DNA of 18,284 nucleotides from a virus (Duplodnaviria; Heunggongvirae; Uroviricota; Caudoviricetes): IMG/VR virus record IMGVR_UViG_2534681673_000003, positions 1 to 18,284 of that record; one strand, 5' to 3'. Shown piece by piece: positions 7,023 to 13,926 of this stretch (position 1 is its first letter; each line of letters starts with the position of its first letter). The notes under the pieces were generated by a model. It saw only the letters and a program-made list of their open reading frames with translations, ran no database searches and was not told where the DNA came from. The position numbers and the translations under genes were made by a program.

Positions 7023-7534
7023 CGTAAAATATTCTCCTCGTTTATCAGTCCGTTTCGCTTCAGGTAGTCCATCGCCTTATCCGGTAATTTGCAGTCCGGC
7101 TTCGCTTTTTTCAGTTGGCTGACCAGCCGTTTAACCCACATTGCTAATTCGCTAACCTGATTGCCGGATGCTGGTGGATTGTCGGCTTTACCCAGAATGG
7201 CAGCACAGCAGGCCTCTCTGAGCACCCAGTCAACAGCATCCTTCCATGCTCCTGTTTCGACTGGCGGATTCTCACGCTTTACCTGTTCATAAAAGCGCAC
7301 AGCTTTAACCAGTCCTTCTGATGTCACCGGGACTGGCGGGCCGATGAATAAGGCCTGAATTTCATAGTTCGGCCTGTCGTTACAATCCTCTTTTGTCGGT
7401 ACATATTTCCAGTCACCTACCCACAGCTTCCCCTGAAAGTCTGTAACGTCTTTTTTCACGTAGCGATATCGCCATGCCACTGGTTTTGCCTGCCCTGCCG
7501 TTTCATGCCCTTCCTGATAATTAATCTCGCTCAT
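7019..7534 (-). CDS. Hypothetical phage protein (171 aa)
   Basis: Long ORF, start ATG overlaps the stop of the upstream 58-aa ORF (ATGA), same strand as the surrounding operon. No family recognised. Confidence 0.6.
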   Translation of the reverse strand: MSEINYQEGHETAGQAKPVAWRYRYVKKDVTDFQGKLWVGDWKYVPTKEDCNDRPNYEIQALFIGPPVPVTSEGLVKAVRFYEQVKRENPPVETGAWKDAVDWVLREACCAAILGKADNPPASGNQVSELAMWVKRLVSQLKKAKPDCKLPDKAMDYLKRNGLINEENILR

Positions 7535-7707
7535 TCATCGCCCCACTCATCACAATATGCTTCGACCGGAGTTTTTCCTGCTTCATAGTCATCACGCCAT
7601 GCTTCAGCATCGGCGGCACTTCCACCACGTAACTCTGCATAGTCCATTAACAGTTCATGCCATTCTTCAAAACTGACGTTGTATTTAGTTGAACCAAAAT
7701 CAGCCAT
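7531..7707 (-). CDS. Small strongly acidic protein (58 aa)
   Basis: MADFGSTKYNVSFEEWHELLMDYAELRGGSAADAEAWRDDYEAGKTPVEAYCDEWGDE, about 16 Asp/Glu against 4-5 basic residues. Start overlaps the preceding ORF by 8 nt (ATGGCTGA); stop overlaps the next start (ATGA). Not in the ORF track (under 60 aa). Confidence 0.45.
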   Translation of the reverse strand: MADFGSTKYNVSFEEWHELLMDYAELRGGSAADAEAWRDDYEAGKTPVEAYCDEWGDE

Positions 7708-7882
7708 TTTGTTCTTCCTCTTCGTCTTTTATTTCGTGATATGAGTAATTGCAGTAGTTAAAGAAAATTTCTTTTGCTTCGTTATGAATTTCATCAGGCG
7801 TCGCATCATCATTCACTTCGAATTCATCCTCGAAATCTCCACCGGCGATTCCCGTTTCAATAATTATTTTGAACTTTCGCAT
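7700..7882 (-). CDS. Small strongly acidic protein (60 aa)
   Basis: MRKFKIIIETGIAGGDFEDEFEVNDDATPDEIHNEAKEIFFNYCNYSYHEIKDEEEEQNG, about 20 acidic residues. First gene of a chain of overlapping ORFs. Confidence 0.5.
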   Translation of the reverse strand: MRKFKIIIETGIAGGDFEDEFEVNDDATPDEIHNEAKEIFFNYCNYSYHEIKDEEEEQNG

Positions 7883-8029
7883 TTCACTACCGCCCTGCCG
7901 GGCGGTCTCCTGATGTTCTGAGGGTGCAGGAATCCCTCCGGTTAAGGATTAAATTTTATTTACAGTGCTGATTTTAATTATTCAGTTCTGGATTATGCTT
8001 TCTCTTTCACCTGCCGTAGTTCCTGGTAA

Positions 8030-8335
8030 TTAATTTCGCTCACTGGTTGCCTCCTGGAAAATAACTGCATGCCCCAGTTTCTCCGCCAGTGCCAGCTCTG
8101 CCTTAGCGCCTGCCGACCGCTGCCAGCCTTTCAGCATATAAACCGCATCCACACAACGAATCATTGCCATGCAAATATCCATGTAATGTGGCTGAGTCAG
8201 CCCGTCCGGAAGTACTGCGGGATTTAATACGGTATGCCCTTCCTGTTTCAGTGCTTCTTCCGCCTTGTGAAACGCCTCACGGTTGAAATTTTCATATCCC
8301 GTCATCGGACCGGCGATATAAATTCTCACCCTCAC
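8030..8335 (-). CDS. DUF4406-type protein (nucleoside 2-deoxyribosyltransferase-like fold)
   Basis: 101-aa ORF MRVRIYIAGPMTGYENFNREAFHKAEEALKQEGHTVLNP...; the YIAGPMTG N-terminal motif is typical of this family. Start overlaps the upstream stop (ATGA). Confidence 0.7.
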   Translation of the reverse strand: MRVRIYIAGPMTGYENFNREAFHKAEEALKQEGHTVLNPAVLPDGLTQPHYMDICMAMIRCVDAVYMLKGWQRSAGAKAELALAEKLGHAVIFQEATSERN

Positions 8336-8613
8336 GCCTGAACCCTCCTGTCGAAATAAACGTAGTTATTCACTGCGCCCAACTTCATCCCAAACTTTTC
8401 GGCAATTTCCCGTCGGGGTACGCCACGCTGATGCAGTTGCCGCGCCAGCTCAATATCACGCTGTGAACATTTGGCTGACTGGTGATAATCACCCCGTAAC
8501 ATCATGCAGATACCCAGTTCCCGCGCTTTCGTCCTGACGGCAGCCCCACTACGGCCAATCAGACTGCCGATGCTTTCGACTGTCATCGTTCCCGCACACT
8601 GCCGGAGTATCAT
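8332..8613 (-). CDS. Hypothetical protein with HTH-like segments (94 aa)
   Basis: ATG at 8613 (MILRQCAGTMTVESIGSLIGRSGAAVRTKARELG...REIAEKFGMKLGAVNNYV). The ORF-track version extends further upstream into the preceding gene, so the start is uncertain (alternative ATG at 8586). Confidence 0.5.
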   Translation of the reverse strand: MILRQCAGTMTVESIGSLIGRSGAAVRTKARELGICMMLRGDYHQSAKCSQRDIELARQLHQRGVPRREIAEKFGMKLGAVNNYVYFDRRVQA

Positions 8614-8645
8614 AATTTCCGCCCAGCGCCACTTCTTCCAGCCAC

Positions 8646-9380
8646 TCACCGCAGCAGCTCTCTGGTGGCGGTAATATCCCGGAGAATATCCCTGTGTTTG
8701 TTCAGTTCCCGCAGCGCGGCACAGACTCGCTCCCACTTCTGAACATCACTTTTCGCCCTGCGCAGCGCCAGGTTTGCCCTGCACAGGGACAGAAAAATCA
8801 GCTCATCTGCTTGCGTTTCGGTAAACGATGGCAACGACTGCACAATGTCCGCCACTGTTTCTGTTTTAATATCTTCCTGTGTTGCAGATTCCTGTACTGG
8901 TAACGCAACACCTGCTGGCTGAGGAAAGGCTTTACCATCGTTTTCCGCTACGGATGCAGCTTCCGGCTCTGCCGGTAAATCAGCGCCCGGTATGCAGTAA
9001 CGAAATTTACCGCCCTGATTTACGCGAATCAGACGCCCTTTGCTGATTGCCATGGCCAGCGATGAATTCGCCCGGCTGGAGGTAATCCCGAACATAAGTG
9101 CCAGCTCATCCGCCGTTTGTGGGCCATGTTGTTCAATCGCCTCAGTCAGCATTTGCGCTGTCACTTTCGGTACCGGTGACACTGGTTCACTTTCACCTGC
9201 CTGAGTCAGCCACCACATCGACCCCTTGTTATCCGCTTCACCACGGCGCTTCAGTTTCCACAGTTCGTTGACCGCATCTTCACGGCTGATTCCAAGGCGG
9301 GCCGCCACTACCTGTGAAGAGGCTCTTTTCAGTGCTTTCAGTGCGTCAAATACGGTTTCCATTAAAATTTCCTCCGACAA
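8646..9380 (-). CDS. Hypothetical phage protein (244 aa), possible tandem winged-helix domains
   Basis: Long ORF starting 15 nt after the P-like gene stop; N-terminal [43 protein letters not shown] is HTH-like, with a second similar segment [42 protein letters not shown]. Confidence 0.6.
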   Translation of the reverse strand: MSEEILMETVFDALKALKRASSQVVAARLGISREDAVNELWKLKRRGEADNKGSMWWLTQAGESEPVSPVPKVTAQMLTEAIEQHGPQTADELALMFGITSSRANSSLAMAISKGRLIRVNQGGKFRYCIPGADLPAEPEAASVAENDGKAFPQPAGVALPVQESATQEDIKTETVADIVQSLPSFTETQADELIFLSLCRANLALRRAKSDVQKWERVCAALRELNKHRDILRDITATRELLR

Positions 9381-9395
9381 AATCGTTTCCCAGAT

Positions 9396-10058
9396 TCAAA
9401 TAAAACCAGCAGCCTTCCGGCGTTCGTATTCCTGTTTCAGCCGTTCAATTGGCGTTGGCCCTTTCGGGTGTTTCGCCCCTTCCAGTTGTCGTCGCACTGG
9501 CGGAACACTCATCCCGTTACCAACATGCTTTGCCCATTTCGTCAGTTGCCGTTCCGCAAGTCGTTTTAACTCACCCTGCGTCATCTGGCGCTCAATCCCT
9601 CTGGTACGCATTTCGAGGCAGATGTGGTACAGCACAGGCTGTGGCCACGGGTATTTATCACTCCCGTCGTATCGCCAGGATTCATTGCGCCAGCGCCGGT
9701 ACTCTTCCATCACGGCATCCACCGTAAGACCAAATGGATTTGCCCCACTCTCCGAAATCAGCGCAACAAACTCAGCCAGGTCCGGGGGCCACGTTTCACC
9801 CGCCCGGCAGCGGTCCATGCACTGACGGCAGACCAGACGGATTTGCTGTTCAGTCATCGCACCAATCTGGGCAATCCAGAGCTTCGAAGGTGCGGCCCCG
9901 TTCTTCTGAGTCCAGCGGTTCGAATACACCTCCCCCATAAGCTCCCACAGCTTCCAGGCCGTTTCCGTTGCTGATAAATCCGTTTTCACGTTCCCACTGT
10001 TCGCGTGCTGCCCGGATTTCCTGAACTGCCCGTGATGCCGTGCCACCTGATGCTGCAT
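9396..10058 (-). CDS. Replication protein P-like (helicase loader)
   Basis: Segments MTEQQIRLVCRQCMDRCRAGETWPPDLAEFVALISE and YPWPQPVLYHICLEM parallel lambda P regions MEQVNAGMRVARRQNRPFLPSPGQFVAWCRE and YPWKSNAHYWLVTNL (from memory). Start uncertain: ATG 10058 has SD AAGGGGG at 6-nt spacing but overlaps the O-like gene by about 200 nt; alternatives are ATG 9938 and ATG 9857 (ATGACTGA overlap with the O-like stop). Confidence 0.7.
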   Translation of the reverse strand: MQHQVARHHGQFRKSGQHANSGNVKTDLSATETAWKLWELMGEVYSNRWTQKNGAAPSKLWIAQIGAMTEQQIRLVCRQCMDRCRAGETWPPDLAEFVALISESGANPFGLTVDAVMEEYRRWRNESWRYDGSDKYPWPQPVLYHICLEMRTRGIERQMTQGELKRLAERQLTKWAKHVGNGMSVPPVRRQLEGAKHPKGPTPIERLKQEYERRKAAGFI

Positions 10059-10887
10059 GGCTTACCCCCTTGCTGACTGGTTTTACCTGTGCCCTGACGT
10101 GCTGCACGTGACGGGCAAATTTCTGCTCCCACTGAACCTGCGTGAAAACCTTCCCCTCCGCCATCCAGTAATCCCGGAATGCGGCAAGCTCAGCAGGTGT
10201 AAATTCCGGCTCAGGCAGAGCCATACCCCACACTGCTGCCCGTTGTCGAAAATCCGGCGACGGCTGCCAGACAGTAGTCATCGAAAATTTCCCGATCGGT
10301 TCGCTCAGGCCGTCCAGGTATTCAGGTTCGGCTGTCTGCAACGGCGCACCATTCGACTCACTGGTCGGAATACTCTCGCGCGCGTTATGTGTGGGGTTTA
10401 ATTCTGTATCTGTATCTTTATCTGTCGTGACTTGTCGTGACAGATGCGTGACACGTCGTGACTCATCGTGACAATCAGCATTATGTTTCCGCAGCTTTTC
10501 CCGCTCCCGCTGCGCTCTCTTGCGCTCTGCCGGGGATTTTGCCGTTTGCGAAACGTTACCATTGTCCTCTTTCAGCACCTGACGTTTTTCCCATCCGGAA
10601 ATAAGGTCACCATCCAGAACCCGCCCCTGCATTGCATGCAAAATTGAATCAATTACGTCTTCCGTCACATCAAGCGCACTTGCTAAATCTTCCGTCGTGA
10701 CATCAATGTGACCACGTAGTGACACGCCGTGACATGTCGTGACATTTCGTGACGCGCTAACCAGAAGATGGATATACACTGCCATCACTGTTGCGATTGG
10801 CTGTCCTGATACCCTGGCAATCGTTCGCCACTTGGGGTCATTTGGCATGTCATGCCACAATCTGAGCCAGGCATTAGCCATACTCAC
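9850..10887 (-). CDS. Replication initiator (O-like), possible DnaT-like C-terminal domain; contains iterons
   Basis: 345-aa ORF at the position between the cII-like and P-like genes; N-terminus MSMANAWLRLWHDMPNDPKWRTIARVSG; two arrays of 10-bp-periodic GTGAC repeats lie inside the coding sequence, as in the lambda O/ori arrangement. Confidence 0.7.
   Translation of the reverse strand: MSMANAWLRLWHDMPNDPKWRTIARVSGQPIATVMAVYIHLLVSASRNVTTCHGVSLRGHIDVTTEDLASALDVTEDVIDSILHAMQGRVLDGDLISGWEKRQVLKEDNGNVSQTAKSPAERKRAQREREKLRKHNADCHDESRRVTHLSRQVTTDKDTDTELNPTHNARESIPTSESNGAPLQTAEPEYLDGLSEPIGKFSMTTVWQPSPDFRQRAAVWGMALPEPEFTPAELAAFRDYWMAEGKVFTQVQWEQKFARHVQHVRAQVKPVSKGVSHAASGGTASRAVQEIRAAREQWERENGFISNGNGLEAVGAYGGGVFEPLDSEERGRTFEALDCPDWCDD
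10422..10472. repeat. Iteron array A: five direct repeats of (T)CGTGAC at about 10.3-bp period
   Basis: tctgtcgtgac ttgtcgtgac agatgcgtgac acgtcgtgac tcatcgtgac; repeat ends at 10431, 10441, 10452, 10462 and 10472. Adjacent AT-rich/ATCTGT-repeat segment at 10401-10421. Confidence 0.7.
10693..10752. repeat. Iteron array B: six direct repeats ending in GTGAC at 10-11-bp period
   Basis: ccgtcgtgac atcaatgtgac cacgtagtgac acgccgtgac atgtcgtgac atttcgtgac; repeat ends at 10701, 10712, 10722, 10732, 10742 and 10752. Confidence 0.7.
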
Positions 10888-10949
10888 CTCTTCTGATACC
10901 GAACTTTACCCACGAACTTCCGAAAGAAATCCGGTATAAATATTGTTGG

Positions 10950-11375
10950 TCAATGCACAACAACTGCATTACCAGGCTGACCACCACTGTTAGTCAGGGT
11001 GCCCCAAGCGATCGCTACAGCGACAAAATCATCCACATCTTTCACCAGCCGATCCCGTCGTTCGACGATCTCCCGGTAATATTTAGAACTGTGACTGCGC
11101 ATACGGGCCACCAGCAAAGGCGGCATCGCCTTTTCGATCGCCGGTAACAGCGCCTGAATTTTTTCAACCGCATCAGGCGTATCCTTCTCCACCCAGCGGA
11201 AAATTTTCTGGGTATTACGGGCCAGGGCTTCCGGATGGCTGTCGTCGTACAGTTCCGGGAACGTCATCCCAAGTTCGAAATAAGTCCGGGCTATTTCAGC
11301 TGCAGGCACTTTCTCACCATCAGGATATGCCCAGGCATTCATCGCCATGCGGATGTGTTCATGTTTGATTTTCAT
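10950..11375 (-). CDS. YdaT-like protein (CII-position regulator)
   Basis: 141-aa ORF MKIKHEHIRMAMNAWAYPDG... immediately downstream of the cro-like gene with ATGA overlap. Assignment to the YdaT family is from memory of the N-terminal motif and gene order. Confidence 0.6.
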   Translation of the reverse strand: MKIKHEHIRMAMNAWAYPDGEKVPAAEIARTYFELGMTFPELYDDSHPEALARNTQKIFRWVEKDTPDAVEKIQALLPAIEKAMPPLLVARMRSHSSKYYREIVERRDRLVKDVDDFVAVAIAWGTLTNSGGQPGNAVVVH

Positions 11376-11599
11376 GAATCATTTTTCCTTTCGTTCGAGG
11401 TGTTATCCTTCTTTTTGTAAAGTTCTGGGTTCAACGATAATTTTCCCTTGGAGTATGCAACTGCTTCAGCAGCCCTCCCCTTGGGAACTATTTCGCCGGG
11501 ACGCTTACGCCACATGTATATAGCTTCTCGGGTTACCCCATAAAAATCAGCGACTCTTTGGACAGAACCAAAAAACTGGACAAGTTCATCAACTCGCAT
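11372..11599 (-). CDS. cro: Cro-like HTH repressor
   Basis: 75-aa ORF with HTH segment VQRVADFYGVTREAIYMWRKR, strong SD GGAGA 5 nt upstream, divergent from cI across a 99-bp operator/promoter region. Confidence 0.75.
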   Translation of the reverse strand: MRVDELVQFFGSVQRVADFYGVTREAIYMWRKRPGEIVPKGRAAEAVAYSKGKLSLNPELYKKKDNTSNERKNDS

Positions 11600-11627
11600 T
11601 TCGCTCTCCTTAAAACTAAGTATTTTT

Positions 11628-11656
11628 AGATTAAAGGGTAATTTTTTTTAGGTCAA
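11628..11656 (-). promoter_or_regulatory. pR-like promoter for cro (-35 TTGACC, 17-nt spacer, -10 TAATCT)
   Basis: Minus-strand TTGACCtaaaaaaaattacccttTAATCT about 25 nt upstream of the cro SD, within the divergent cI-cro intergenic region. Confidence 0.45.
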
Positions 11657-11698
11657 TACAATCTAAAATAATTTATATTCAATTCGCGGGAGAAAATA

Positions 11699-12343
11699 AT
11701 GGAAAGCCTTGGCATTAGGCTTAAGAAACTCAGAAAAGACAAAGGTCTGACCCAAGTTGAACTTGGCAAGCTTTCTGGCGTAACTGGGGTAACAATAGGA
11801 TACTGGGAGAAAGATCTAAACGAACCAGGTAGCAAAGCTCTTAGTAAATTAGCCCTAGCACTAGGCACTACTGAGTCCTATCTCCTGTATGGAGTATCAT
11901 CACCTGAATCATCCCTTGTGCAGAAAAATCCAGGTACCCAAATCCCATACCTTTCTTGGGGAGAAGCGATTTCTTTCCTAATATTAAAAGGAGAGAAAAC
12001 TATGGGAAATGTCGACAGGATCACCACATTCTTTGATGTCAAGGAGGGAGATTTTGCCGTTTCAATGCCTGATGATACTATGCACAATCCATCAGGGTCC
12101 CCAAGCATTCCAGTTGGAGCCACAGTGATCATGAGGCCTGGCGAAAAATATAAAAATGGTAGCATCGTCGCAGTAATAGTCCCAGATCCACTCACAAACG
12201 AACCATCCATGACTATAAAAAAATTAGTTATTGATGGAAAGCTCGTGTACTTAGCCCCCCTTAACCCACGCTATCAATCATCCTTACTTACACCGGAATG
12301 TAACATCGTTGCTGTAGCAAAAGGTGTTCAGTTCAGCCTCTAG
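11699..12343 (+). CDS. cI: CI-type prophage repressor (N-terminal HTH, C-terminal S24 LexA-like autopeptidase domain)
   Basis: 214-aa ORF: N-terminal LTQVELGKLSGVTGVTIGYWEKDLNEP (XRE-type HTH); C-terminal DFAVSMPDDTM (Ser of the dyad) and TIKKLVIDG (Lys). SD GGGAGA 5 nt upstream. Confidence 0.9.
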   Translation: MESLGIRLKKLRKDKGLTQVELGKLSGVTGVTIGYWEKDLNEPGSKALSKLALALGTTESYLLYGVSSPESSLVQKNPGTQIPYLSWGEAISFLILKGEKTMGNVDRITTFFDVKEGDFAVSMPDDTMHNPSGSPSIPVGATVIMRPGEKYKNGSIVAVIVPDPLTNEPSMTIKKLVIDGKLVYLAPLNPRYQSSLLTPECNIVAVAKGVQFSL

Positions 12344-12367
12344 CTCCCGCTTTGCCCTGTAATCAGA

Positions 12368-12390
12368 GGTCGGCTTTGTCGGCCTTTTAT
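12368..12390 (+). terminator. Possible intrinsic terminator after cI
   Basis: RNA stem GGUCGGC-UUU-GUCGGCC (needs two G-U pairs) followed by UUUUAU, 25 nt after the cI stop. In DNA terms it is a direct repeat, so this call is weak. Confidence 0.35.
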
Positions 12391-12412
12391 CTTAAAAATA
12401 TTTATATTCAAC

Positions 12413-12441
12413 TTGACAGCAAAACTAAATATTCTTATATT
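12413..12441 (+). promoter_or_regulatory. pL-like early-left promoter (-35 TTGACA, 17-nt spacer, -10 TATATT)
   Basis: Perfect TTGACA at 12413-12418 and TATATT at 12436-12441, pointing away from cI and flanked by TTATATTCA-type motifs shared with the cI-cro intergenic region. Confidence 0.55.
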
Positions 12442-12616
12442 CATTACAACCCACCCCGCTTCACAGAATGCAGGGCAATACTTCGAGTTACCCGGCAGTG
12501 GTCAGGGGTTAAGTAGCCAGCCCGAGGCGTATGAACATGACGGCGGGAACACTTTGTATAACAGCGCAGCAGGTTTTTAGTTCCGCGCCCCGGCGTTAAG
12601 GGGGAATGAGGTCAAC

Positions 12617-12769
12617 ATGGATACGCTCAATCTTGGCAACAACGAATCTCTGGTATGCGGCGTGTTTCCCAACCAGGACGGCACGTTTACCGCGATGACG
12701 TATACCAGAAGCAAAACGTTTAAAACTGAAGCTGGCGCGCGTCGCTGGTTAGCAAGAAACTCTGACTAA
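12617..12769 (+). CDS. Small hypothetical protein (50 aa), first ORF of the early-left transcript
   Basis: ATG at 12617 with SD GGGGGAATGAGG upstream; MDTLNLGNNESLVCGVFPNQDGTFTAMTYTRSKTFKTEAGARRWLARNSD. Too short for the ORF track. Confidence 0.4.
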   Translation: MDTLNLGNNESLVCGVFPNQDGTFTAMTYTRSKTFKTEAGARRWLARNSD

Positions 12770-12882
12770 TGAAGTCTGGTAGTTAAGGAATCCTCCACGG
12801 GGAGAAGTGGTGCACACGCGCCGGACACAAGCAAGCATCCGGCATGCTCTTTAACAATCTGGATATCCATAACAGTAACAAT

Positions 12883-13374
12883 CTACAGATTGCCGTTCAG
12901 TTTTCTGGCCAACTCCTCAATAGATGGAGGCGATACATAATCCGGATTTTTATTCATAAGAAACTGATTTTCACAGTAGAGGCACCTGCTTTTATGAAAA
13001 AACTCATATTCTCTAACCGGGAATGGTTGAAGTATCGATACTATCTTTTGTCCAAAACATTTTGGACAAAGATGCATGATTATGCTGCCGCCGTTCACGG
13101 TTACCTCCTTCGAGTACACAAAAGTTCCCGACTCAAGTTGGTTAAGGATATAACCTTCCGTCTGAGCCTCAAAGTTTTCAAATTCTGCAATTTTAGCTTT
13201 GAGAGAAGCATTTATTTCTTGATAAGTGCTCACCAGCTCAACGAGAGACACGCATTCGTGCTGAATAGATGCAAGCTTTGAGTTCAGTTCACCAATAGCC
13301 GCATTTACTTCAGCTTGAGTTTTTGCCTCGTTCATTAGTTTTGCAATCTGAGCGGTTTCACGAATAGCCGTCAT
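12883..13374 (-). CDS. Hypothetical coiled-coil protein with C-terminal Cys4 zinc ribbon (163 aa)
   Basis: ATG at 13374 (the ORF-track start at 13440 is TTG). N-terminal half has alanine/glutamate-rich heptad-like sequence (AELTAAMTAIRETAQIAKLMNEAKTQAEVNAAIGELNSKLASIQ...); C-terminal CPKCF...CLYCEN. AT-rich; convergent with the pL operon. Confidence 0.6.
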   Translation of the reverse strand: MTAIRETAQIAKLMNEAKTQAEVNAAIGELNSKLASIQHECVSLVELVSTYQEINASLKAKIAEFENFEAQTEGYILNQLESGTFVYSKEVTVNGGSIIMHLCPKCFGQKIVSILQPFPVREYEFFHKSRCLYCENQFLMNKNPDYVSPPSIEELARKLNGNL

Positions 13375-13412
13375 TGCTGCCGTTAATTCAGCGATCACAT
13401 TCAATACTCTTA

Positions 13413-13458
13413 TTGTTGTTGGGGATATCCAGATTAACAAGATCCTTGTTGTTGGGGA
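13413..13458. repeat. Two copies of 13-bp direct repeat TTGTTGTTGGGGA, 33 bp apart
   Basis: Copies at 13413-13425 and 13446-13458, 40-85 bp upstream of the 163-aa minus-strand gene start. Confidence 0.5.
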
Positions 13459-13723
13459 ATAACAGGTCCACCTCGCCTGACGTGGTTAAAAGCAGGCACA
13501 CAACACGAAAGCGCTCGGCGAAGTTAGTCTCTCTGTATATGTCGTCGTTAAATGTAATTCGATCGTGCGCTTCCGGTTGTGGCAATCCGCGAAATGGCGC
13601 GGCGGTAAGTATGGCTGGGGCTTCCTCCATTGCTCCAGAAAATGCACCGGGTTGTCAGGTTGACCATACGCCTGAGTGACAACACCGCCACAACAACCTC
13701 TGTTATCACTTTTCTGGTGATTC

Positions 13724-13749
13724 GGCGGAAATGGATATCCGCCATTTTT
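13724..13749 (+). terminator. Intrinsic terminator on plus strand
   Basis: GGCGGA-aatggata-TCCGCC hairpin (13724-13743) followed by ATTTTTAAA. Confidence 0.5.
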
Positions 13750-13926
13750 AAAGTGTATTTTGTGATGCGGTGAATGCGGCTAAGCACACGCGGAACAGTT
13801 AAAACAAGCGGTCTTTTACTGGCGTAACAGACATCAACTAACAATCCGGCGTTAATTGTTAACTGGTTAACGTCACCTGGAGGCACCAGGCACCACATCA
13901 CAAAATTCATTGTTGAGGACGCGATA

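Noticed and set aside
10422-10752. Possible CRISPR array suggested by tandem GTGAC-containing repeats
   Set aside because: The repeat unit is only about 10 bp with no spacers of 30 bp or more, it lies inside a replication initiator gene, and there are no cas genes; it fits iterons instead.
12844-13281. Plus-strand 145-aa ORF antisense to the 163-aa accessory gene
   Set aside because: The translation is Phe/Leu/Lys/Tyr-rich as expected for the reverse complement of an AT-rich coding region, there is no SD, and the minus-strand frame looks far more protein-like.
12883-13374. Identity of the 163-aa protein as superinfection-exclusion protein SieB
   Set aside because: Size and location are suggestive, but SieB is a membrane protein and this ORF shows no hydrophobic transmembrane segment; it has a coiled coil and zinc ribbon instead.
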